Source: an uncultured delta proteobacterium (GTDB lineage: Bacteria; Desulfobacterota; Binatia; UBA9968). Taken from it: DNA of 64,000 nucleotides. Below, one piece after another: positions 49,338-56,257 of this stretch. Each line of letters begins with the position of its first letter. Position 1 is the stretch's first letter. Location of the stretch: the NCBI GenBank assembly GCA_963771465.1, contig CAVYTU010000014.1:416001-480000 (forward strand). Direction: 5' to 3'. Both the position numbers and the translations under genes were made by a program. Under the pieces are notes generated by a model. That model did not search any database. It saw only the letters and a list, made by a program, of their open reading frames with translations, and was not told the origin of the DNA.

Positions 49338-49366
49338 AAATCCGCGGGCCGAGGTTCAATCGTAGA
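49338..49366 (+). promoter_or_regulatory. ECF-type promoter toward the anti-sigma/sigma operon
   Basis: AAATCC-N17-CGTAGA. Confidence 0.6.
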
Positions 49367-49436
49367 TAGTACGAGCGGTGTTTGCGCCGCTTCCTGGCGC
49401 GGTCTAGAATGGCTCGCCTGGGGTTGGAAAGAAGCC

Positions 49437-49991
49437 GTGAGCCACGAAGAATTGCTAGATTTGGCCGAGATTTACGCCTTGGGCGCGCTGGATGGCGACG
49501 AGCTTGCCGAGTTCCAGGCCCACCTGTCCGCCGGCTGCGCCGAGTGCCAAAGGCGCGTGAATGAAATACGCGAGGCGTTCACATCGGTGCCGAGTACCAT
49601 TGAACAGTTAACCCCGCCCGATCGCGTTAAAAGTCGCGTTTTCGAACAGATCGACGCCGACAAGCCTGGCTATTCATTCATATTGGCCAAAGACGGTGCG
49701 TGGAAAGAAATAGCGCAGGGCATCAGCGCAAAGGTGCTCAACATGGATCCTGACCGCCAACGCGTGACCGCGTTGGTGCGCATGGCGCCTGGTTCGCGCT
49801 ATGACAACCATCGTCACACGCGCACCGAAGAGCTCGTCGTCATCGAAGGGAGCTGCTACTGCGGCGGCAAACTCTTACAGAAAGGCGATTATCACCGCGC
49901 CGAAGCCGGCAGTATCCACCTCGATACCTATAGCGACGACGGATCGCTGATGTTGATGATCACGTCAGTGCAAAACGAGAGGCTCTTCTGA
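49437..49991 (+). CDS. zinc anti-sigma domain plus ChrR-like cupin
   Basis: YALGALD...HLSAGCAEC then cupin LVRMAPG..Y.HRH...EE.VIEG...GDYH.A.AGS.H; GTG start 49437. Confidence 0.8.
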   Translation: MSHEELLDLAEIYALGALDGDELAEFQAHLSAGCAECQRRVNEIREAFTSVPSTIEQLTPPDRVKSRVFEQIDADKPGYSFILAKDGAWKEIAQGISAKVLNMDPDRQRVTALVRMAPGSRYDNHRHTRTEELVVIEGSCYCGGKLLQKGDYHRAEAGSIHLDTYSDDGSLMLMITSVQNERLF

Positions 49992-50002
49992 AGGACCGCG
50001 CG

Positions 50003-50599
50003 ATGGCTGCCGATTCCAACTTCGCCGTTCATCTGATCCAGCGCGCCGCGGCGCAGGACCGTGAGGCCTTCAGCCAACTCTACGATCGCTTCTCCTCTTT
50101 GGTTTTCACCCTGGCGATGCGCATGCTACGCGTCGAGTCCGACGCCGAAGACTTGCTCCAGGAAGTCTTCATACAAGTTTGGCGCCAAGCCGCAAACTAT
50201 AGCCAGGAGCGCGGCCGTCCGGAAGCTTGGATAATAAATATTGCGCGCAGCCGGGCAATCGATAAGCTCCGCGCCATACGTAGAAGAGACAAGAGTTTTG
50301 TTTTGACCGATGATCCGGCCGCTGCGGAATCTCCCGATAACGTCGAGTCGGCGGTCGGAGAGAGTGAGGCGAAGCTGGCGATGAATGGCGCTCTGGCGAA
50401 TTTGCCGGAAGCGCAGCGCCGGGTCTTGGAGCTCGCCTATTTTAGCGGGCTCAGCCAAACCGAGATCGCCGAGCACTTGGCGGAACCGCTCGGCACGGTG
50501 AAAACGAGAATGCGCGCGGGAATTCAACGTCTAAGAGTGTGCTTGGAAATCAGGCGGCTTGATGGCAAGGGAACACGAACATTGGACAGAGCAGGGTGA
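50003..50599 (+). CDS. ECF sigma factor (SigK-like); true end probably 50562
   Basis: AFSQLYD, DAEDLLQEVF, IARSRAID, LAYFSGLSQTEIA...PLGTVKTR. Confidence 0.92.
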   Translation: MAADSNFAVHLIQRAAAQDREAFSQLYDRFSSLVFTLAMRMLRVESDAEDLLQEVFIQVWRQAANYSQERGRPEAWIINIARSRAIDKLRAIRRRDKSFVLTDDPAAAESPDNVESAVGESEAKLAMNGALANLPEAQRRVLELAYFSGLSQTEIAEHLAEPLGTVKTRMRAGIQRLRVCLEIRRLDGKGTRTLDRAG

Positions 50600-51296
50600 A
50601 ATCTTCGCCCTCGGCGCCCTCGACGGCGGCGAGCGCGAAGACTTCGAAGCCCATCTGGCCGCCGGCTGCGCGATCTGCGAAGCTCACGTCCGTGAAACCC
50701 GGGAAACGTTGAGTGTACTCCACCGCGCGCTGAAGCCAATAAACCCACCGGCCGCGGTCAAGACTCGGCTTTTCGATCAAATCGCCAAAGATAACGTCGT
50801 GCCGATCGCCGCCGCGGGCGCAAAAAAAATCGCGCCGTGGCGAAAAATCACTGGCGCGTTGGCCGCCGGCATTGTTGGCATAGTGATCGGTGGAACTTAC
50901 TACCGTTTGTCCTACGAACCGCGCCACACGGTTTATACTTCCGTGATCAATTTGCTACGCGATCCGGCGACGCGCGATCACGCTCTCTACGGCGCCGGCC
51001 CGGTGCCACAAGCCAAAGGCCGTTTTCTCTGGAACGAATCGGGTGAAGGCCACATCTTCGCGACCAATCTTCCCGCCGCTGCCGAAGGGAAAATGTACGC
51101 CGTCTGGACCATCGCGGAAAACTCCGCGCCGCGCTACGTCGGGACCATCAAGACCGACGCCAAAGGCCAAGGCGGTCTGCACGTCAATTCCACCCGCAGT
51201 GACAAACCGATAGAAACCTTTGCAGTCACTCTCGAACCGGACGGCACCACCGCCGCACCGACGGGGCCGATGGTGCTGGTTTCCAAACAGTCGTAG
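50562..51296 (+). CDS. anti-sigma-K factor RskA-like membrane protein
   Basis: FALGALD...HLAAGCAIC, PP.AVK.RL, one TM, LP...GKMY.VW, FAVTLEP.G...PTGP.V. Confidence 0.88.
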   Translation: MAREHEHWTEQGEIFALGALDGGEREDFEAHLAAGCAICEAHVRETRETLSVLHRALKPINPPAAVKTRLFDQIAKDNVVPIAAAGAKKIAPWRKITGALAAGIVGIVIGGTYYRLSYEPRHTVYTSVINLLRDPATRDHALYGAGPVPQAKGRFLWNESGEGHIFATNLPAAAEGKMYAVWTIAENSAPRYVGTIKTDAKGQGGLHVNSTRSDKPIETFAVTLEPDGTTAAPTGPMVLVSKQS

Positions 51297-51303
51297 CCAA
51301 AAA

Positions 51304-51328
51304 GGCGGGTTGCAAACCCGCCGCCACA
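51304..51328. repeat. REP-like palindrome/terminator GGCGGGTTGCAAACCCGCC
   Basis: GGCGGGTT/AACCCGCC stem right after the rskA-like stop; on the minus strand followed by T5. Confidence 0.6.
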
Positions 51329-51340
51329 ATTTCTATTCCC

Positions 51341-51432
51341 CTTTGTGTCTTTGCGCTCTTTGCGGCTAATCTCGCGATTCTGATCAGCGCGGTCCCAAGC
51401 GGCAACTATGTGATCTTCGTATTTTTTGCGGT
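51341..51432 (+). repeat. two 9-mer arrays of the CTTTGCGNN family
   Basis: CTTTGTGT CTTTGCGCT CTTTGCGGC (51341-51366) and CTATGTGAT CTTCGTATT TTTTGCGGT (51406-51432), both followed by TA. Confidence 0.6.
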
Positions 51433-51888
51433 TACTTCCCTACCGAGAACCATTTTTCGATGCGCAATTCCCGCTTCGTCGAAAATTTTCCCGACGGCGT
51501 GAAAACCCATCCGCTCGTAGAAGCCAGTCACGGCGACCTGTGCGTATAGGTAAATCCGCCGCGCGTGCAATCTTTTCGCCGCCAAAATGGCGCGCTTGAG
51601 TAAAGCCGCGCCAATGCCCTTGCGTCGATAACTCTTCAGCACCGCCATGCGCCCGATCTTCGCGTGGCCCTGGCGCATTACCACTCTAGCCGTTCCCACG
51701 GCCGTGCCTGAACTGATCGCAAGAAAATGAACGGCGCGCTGATCATCGGTATCCAATTCAATCTCCGCCGGCACACGTTGCTCCCGCACGAACACACGGA
51801 TGCGGATTGTGAAGACTTGCACCAGCTCCAACTGGGAAGACACGTGTTTAATTTTCAGCGCTGATCTCGTCTTGCCATTTCTGCTCAT
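51406..51888 (-). CDS. GNAT acetyltransferase (ElaA/YjcF-like)
   Basis: IR.RVFV.EQ.VP, GTAR, KIGRMAV, R.KGIG, AQ....FYE..GF, EAGI.H..M. Confidence 0.9.
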   Translation of the reverse strand: MSRNGKTRSALKIKHVSSQLELVQVFTIRIRVFVREQRVPAEIELDTDDQRAVHFLAISSGTAVGTARVVMRQGHAKIGRMAVLKSYRRKGIGAALLKRAILAAKRLHARRIYLYAQVAVTGFYERMGFHAVGKIFDEAGIAHRKMVLGREVTAKNTKIT

Positions 51889-51942
51889 TGAAATCCTTCC
51901 GTTTATTCACTGCTATCTGGAATGCCCGCTGGCTTCCCCATG

Positions 51943-51972
51943 TTGACACAAGCTAAACTTATCGGATAGTTT
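51943..51972 (+). promoter_or_regulatory. sigma70-type promoter of the VOC gene
   Basis: TTGACA-N18-TAGTTT. Confidence 0.5.
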
Positions 51973-52027
51973 CACTTCAGTGATCGTTCACGTTGTACCC
52001 TGAACCAACCAGTAAAGGAGACTTGCC

Positions 52028-52504
52028 ATGCCGAAGATCAGAGGCCTTAGCCACGTGGTGCTCTACGTCAATGACTTGGACAAAATGGTCGAGTTCTACA
52101 CCGACGTACTCGGACTCGTAAAGTATCGTGTGAACGAGCGGCGCATGGTCTTCTTGACCTCCGATCCTGAAAAGGAAGACCACGAGCTAGCCCTGACCAC
52201 GGGGCGGGAAGGTCAAGCCAAGCTGATCGCCCACATCGCGTGGAAAGTCGATAAGCCATCCGAGGTAAAAGAATTCTATGAGCGGTTCAAAGCCAAGGGC
52301 GTGCCCATCGATCACTGCGTCAGCCACGCTTATACGGAAATGGGCAACACGGTGTCGTGCTATTTTCTCGATCCCGAAGGCAACCGCATCGAAATTTACG
52401 CTATCGTGTCCCAACGCGACGACGCGCGCATCAATCGTCCGCTCGATCTGGAGAAGAGCGTCGACGAAATCGTCGCGCAAGCGAGCGGACTGGGCATACA
52501 CTGA
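52028..52504 (+). CDS. VOC family protein
   Basis: LSHVVLYV.D...FYTDVLG, HELAL, HIAW, YFLDPEGNRIE; SD AAGGAG. Confidence 0.88.
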   Translation: MPKIRGLSHVVLYVNDLDKMVEFYTDVLGLVKYRVNERRMVFLTSDPEKEDHELALTTGREGQAKLIAHIAWKVDKPSEVKEFYERFKAKGVPIDHCVSHAYTEMGNTVSCYFLDPEGNRIEIYAIVSQRDDARINRPLDLEKSVDEIVAQASGLGIH

Positions 52505-52535
52505 TTCGGCACGAATGGAGAAGGAACCCGCAACG

Positions 52536-52856
52536 ATGAAACAAAACTGCTTTGTCTGTCAGAATATCGATTGCCAGAGCCGTGGCTCTGAAGAACTCAT
52601 GCAAGAACTCACCGCGCAAGTCGCTGCGAAATCCATCGACGCCGAGGTCAAACCCTATATCTGCTTCGGCGGCTGTGATTTTGGCCCTAACATCGTCGTT
52701 CATCCGCAAAAAAATTGGTACGCCGGGGTCAAGAAAGAAGACTTGCCGGAGATTGTCGATTCCCTAGCCGGCGGCCCCGCCGTCACCCGCCTCGACACCA
52801 TCGACGGCTCATTAAAAGATATCGTCTATCAGCTGCTCGATGCCGGCGTGTACTGA
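52536..52856 (+). CDS. thioredoxin-like (2Fe-2S) ferredoxin
   Basis: CQNIDC..RGS, CFGGCDFGPN.VV.P...WY; ATG 52536 (alternative 52515). Confidence 0.85.
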   Translation: MKQNCFVCQNIDCQSRGSEELMQELTAQVAAKSIDAEVKPYICFGGCDFGPNIVVHPQKNWYAGVKKEDLPEIVDSLAGGPAVTRLDTIDGSLKDIVYQLLDAGVY

Positions 52857-52858
52857 GT

Positions 52859-53572
52859 TTAATTTCCACGATCCAAGAGACGGCCATAACCGGGGATGGG
52901 ATCGTCCATCCCCATAGCGCCCAAGCATTCCCAAGTCCAAGCTTGGGTGTTGGTCACCACCGGTTTGCCGCTGTCTTTTTCAATTCGCTCGATGACCGAT
53001 ACCGTGCGCCATTTGTTACAAGGCATGTAGACGCCGTCGACCTCTGGATGTTCGCGCAATAGCGCCATCGACAAATCGTAACCGCTCTCCGGCGGCAATT
53101 CCCAGATCACTGTGACGTTGGGACAGCCCAAGCCGCGAAAGGCGACGACTTCGATGCCGTCATGAGCGAGAAACTAGACCAATCGCTCGTCTTGATCTTC
53201 AGAAAATGGCGACGCCATCACCACGCGCTTCAAACCCAGCGCGCGGCATCCGCGCGTCACCGCCGTCAAGACCGTCGAAGCCGGCGTCGCCGTGATCTGT
53301 TTCACTAAGTTAAGTATCGCGCGATCCGAACCCGGTCCCTTGTACGAGAGAAACAACTCACCGGTCACCATCAAGAAATCCAATGGCAGGCACGCCAAGT
53401 CCCGCACGAGCCCTTGAAAAGTCTGCTCGGCGCGCTGAAATTCAGCGTCGGTGTATTGGCTCACATGCAACGTTCGCCCCTCGATCCGAATCCCCTCTGG
53501 AAAAATTTTATAAACGGCGACCAACGTATCGTCGGTCGTATTCGGCGAGATGAGTCCGATCAGTTTCATCAT
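52859..53572 (-). pseudogene. maleate isomerase/arylmalonate decarboxylase family gene with an in-frame TAG
   Basis: IGLISP, ALGLKRVVMASPF...ERLV-TAG(53174-53176)-FLAHDGIEVV...DGVYMPCN...GKPVVTNTQA...GYGRL, all in one frame. Confidence 0.8.
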
Positions 53573-53628
53573 GCCTCCGCAATAATTTTGTGCGCGGTTC
53601 GAACGTAGCAGCGCATTGGCAACTTCGC

Positions 53629-54525
53629 TTAATGCAGATTCCTCGTCACATCGCCAAACAACTCGTCCACTGCGATCTGCGTCGGAATCAATCTTTGCTG
53701 GACGCAATAATTGATGATCAACTCCAGGCTTCGCCTAATATTTTCAACACCGAACTGGATCGGATCAAGCGCGGTACCTACAGCAGTCGCGGCTTGTTTG
53801 CTTTCCCGAAGCAGGCGGTAAATCTCCTTCACGGCCGCTGGATTGGACTTTGCCAGCGACTCTTTCACGACCAGCATGTGGTTGATCGGCAACACGCCGT
53901 ACTTCTCACCCCAGGCTTTTGCCGCCTCATGAGGATTGGCAAAAACTGGCTGTAATCTCGTGTCTTTGAGATCCGCGCCACCGACAAGTCCGGCGTCGAC
54001 GGCGCCGTCGATGAGCATTTGCCCAAGCGATTTGCCGGCGGGCGCGCGCACTGCGATCGGCGGATCCGAATACTCTGCAACATGGGGGTCTTCAAAGGTC
54101 ACCCATTTGATGCTGTCGAGATCGACGTCATGATCGTTTTGTAAGACACCACGCATCCATGCAGCGGTAGTCACAGAGTACGCACGGATGCCGACGCGCT
54201 TGCCGTTCAGATCAGCTGGCGAAATCCGGCCGCGCTCGGCGTTGTAGACCAGAAACGGATGCGGCATCGAACCGACGACGACCGCAGGTAGCAGCACGAG
54301 CGGTTTACCATGCGCCCTAGCCTGTAAATAAGTGACGATTGCCAACTCGGCGACATCGTACTTGAAATGGCGCACAACATCTTTGAACGCGGTATTTGGC
54401 ACCTTCACATCGGCGAAGTCGAAGACAATATTCGGCGAGCGAACGTCGCCGTTCTTCAACGCCAACGTGTTCGGATAGTCGCCCAATAGCGTTTTGAGTG
54501 TCACAACGTTCAATTCATTGCTCAT
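53629..54525 (-). CDS. 4,5-dihydroxyphthalate decarboxylase-like/ABC binding-protein-fold protein
   Basis: GDYPNT.AL..G, DVAELA, GKRVGIRAYSVT.A.W.RG.L, PINH.LVV. Confidence 0.75.
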   Translation of the reverse strand: MSNELNVVTLKTLLGDYPNTLALKNGDVRSPNIVFDFADVKVPNTAFKDVVRHFKYDVAELAIVTYLQARAHGKPLVLLPAVVVGSMPHPFLVYNAERGRISPADLNGKRVGIRAYSVTTAAWMRGVLQNDHDVDLDSIKWVTFEDPHVAEYSDPPIAVRAPAGKSLGQMLIDGAVDAGLVGGADLKDTRLQPVFANPHEAAKAWGEKYGVLPINHMLVVKESLAKSNPAAVKEIYRLLRESKQAATAVGTALDPIQFGVENIRRSLELIINYCVQQRLIPTQIAVDELFGDVTRNLH

Positions 54526-54549
54526 TCGATTTCATCTCTCTTTCTCCCT

Positions 54550-54576
54550 TTTGGCGTCCTTCGCGTTCTTGCGTGC
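54550..54576 (+). repeat. 9-mer array x3 (TTTGGCGTC CTTCGCGTT CTTGCGTGC)
   Basis: Degenerate member of the CTTTGCG family in a divergent intergenic region. Confidence 0.45.
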
Positions 54577-54661
54577 TACTGCTATCACCGTACGTCTAGC
54601 CTGGCAATTCGGATGAAATTTCCCTCGCAACCGCGTCATCGCTTTGCTACGATGGTTGTTC

Positions 54662-55459
54662 ATGAAAGTCATTCGCAAAGCACTCACCATCGCGGGCTCG
54701 GACTCCGGCGCCGGCGCCGGTATCCAGGCCGATCTTAAGACTTTCGCCGCCCTCGGTGTCTACGGCACTTCGGCGATCACCGCGATCACGGCGCAGAACA
54801 CGGTTGAAGTGACCCAGGTTTTAGCGCTAAATCCGAAACTCGTCGGCGCGCAGATCGACGCCGTCGTTGACGACATCGGCGCTCATGCGCTCAAGACCGG
54901 CATGCTCGCCAATGCCGGGATTATCGACGTGGTGGTAAACAAAATTCGCCAACATCGCTTGAAAAATATCGTGGTTGATCCGGTGATGGTGGCGACTTCC
55001 GGTGATCTGTTGATAGAGAAAAACGCCGTCGCTGCGTTGCGCACCAAACTCATCCCGCTGGCAAACGTAGTGACCCCGAACATTCCGGAAGCCGAAGAGT
55101 TAACCGGCATGACGCTTCGCACGTCAGAGGATACGCGAGAAGCGGCGCGGCAAATCATCAAGATGGGGCCGAAGACCGTCGTCATCAAAGGCGGCCATCT
55201 CCAAGGTCCGGCGATGGATCTTTTTTATGACGGTAAGAATTTTACTGAGTTCAACGCGCCGCGCATCCGCAGCAAAAACACCCACGGCACCGGCTGCACG
55301 TTTTCGGCAGCGATCGCGGCGTATCTGGCCACAGGCGAAAAGATCGACCGTGCTGTGGCGCTTGCCAAGAAGTATACTACTCGAGCGCTCCAGTCGAGCT
55401 TTACCATCGGCGCGGGTCATAGCCCAGTGCATCACTTTCATCAATTCTGGAAGATCTGA
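54662..55459 (+). CDS. thiD: hydroxymethylpyrimidine/phosphomethylpyrimidine kinase ThiD
   Basis: [47 protein letters not shown]. Confidence 0.95.
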   Translation: MKVIRKALTIAGSDSGAGAGIQADLKTFAALGVYGTSAITAITAQNTVEVTQVLALNPKLVGAQIDAVVDDIGAHALKTGMLANAGIIDVVVNKIRQHRLKNIVVDPVMVATSGDLLIEKNAVAALRTKLIPLANVVTPNIPEAEELTGMTLRTSEDTREAARQIIKMGPKTVVIKGGHLQGPAMDLFYDGKNFTEFNAPRIRSKNTHGTGCTFSAAIAAYLATGEKIDRAVALAKKYTTRALQSSFTIGAGHSPVHHFHQFWKI

Positions 55460-55498
55460 TTAAGCTCGAGGGTGAGACGAATTGGGCACAACGCCAAT

Positions 55499-56254
55499 TT
55501 ACTTGCCGGCCTGTTCCATGTCGGCGACAATCGCGCGGGCGGCTGCAACGGGATCTCTGGCTTCGATGATCGGACGACCGACGACGATGTAGTCGACGCC
55601 GGCGCGCTCGGCTTCGGCCGGAGTCATGACGCGCTGCTGATCGTTTCGGCTGCCATCGGCCGGGCGAATACCCGGCGTGACGATGACGAAGCGCCGGCCG
55701 CAGGCTTCGCGAATGGCCGCCACTTCATGCGGCGAGGCAACCACGCCATCCATGCCGGCTTGCTTGGTCAGCAAGGCTAGGCGCTCTACCTGCGCGGCGA
55801 CTTTCTGGGTGACACCCACCCGTTTGAGATCGTCCTGATTTAAACTGGTCAGCACCGTCACCGCCAGCATGATCGGCCGGCGCCGCTGTTCCTGGCGGCA
55901 CACACGCTGCACTTCCTTCACCGTCAAACGCATCATTTCCAGACTACCCGAAGCATGCACGTTAAACATTTTGACGCCCAAACGGGTCGCTTCGATGGCA
56001 GCTTTAGCGACGGTGTTGGGAATATCGTGAAACTTGAGATCGAGAAAAATCTCGCCGCCGAGCTCTTGAATCAAGCGCACCGCCTGCGGCCCGGCATGGG
56101 TGAAGAGCTGCTTGCCGATCTTGAACATGCCGACTTCCCCGGCCAGCGAGTGGACCAGTTCTGTGGCTTGCTCCAAGTTGTCCACATCCAAAGCAACGAT
56201 CAAGCGCTCGCGCATGGAAGCGCGTTTTCGCACCAGCTCGAGCTTGGATGCCAT
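55499..56254 (-). CDS. pyrF: orotidine-5'-phosphate decarboxylase
   Basis: IVALD, FLDLKFHDIPNTV, VTVLTS, TPGIR, VVGRPI. Confidence 0.97.
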   Translation of the reverse strand: MASKLELVRKRASMRERLIVALDVDNLEQATELVHSLAGEVGMFKIGKQLFTHAGPQAVRLIQELGGEIFLDLKFHDIPNTVAKAAIEATRLGVKMFNVHASGSLEMMRLTVKEVQRVCRQEQRRRPIMLAVTVLTSLNQDDLKRVGVTQKVAAQVERLALLTKQAGMDGVVASPHEVAAIREACGRRFVIVTPGIRPADGSRNDQQRVMTPAEAERAGVDYIVVGRPIIEARDPVAAARAIVADMEQAGK

Positions 56255-56257
56255 AAT

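Noticed and set aside
49227-49436. 70-aa N-terminal extension of the cupin anti-sigma in the ORF track
   Set aside because: It runs across the promoter pair; homology to the paralogous anti-sigma begins at GTG 49437.
53174-53176. Pyrrolysine or stop-codon reassignment
   Set aside because: TAG ends several ordinary genes here, no pyl genes are seen, and another gene has an in-frame TAA.
54526-54661. TPP riboswitch upstream of thiD
   Set aside because: No CTGAGA/ACCTGA core; the gene looks leaderless.
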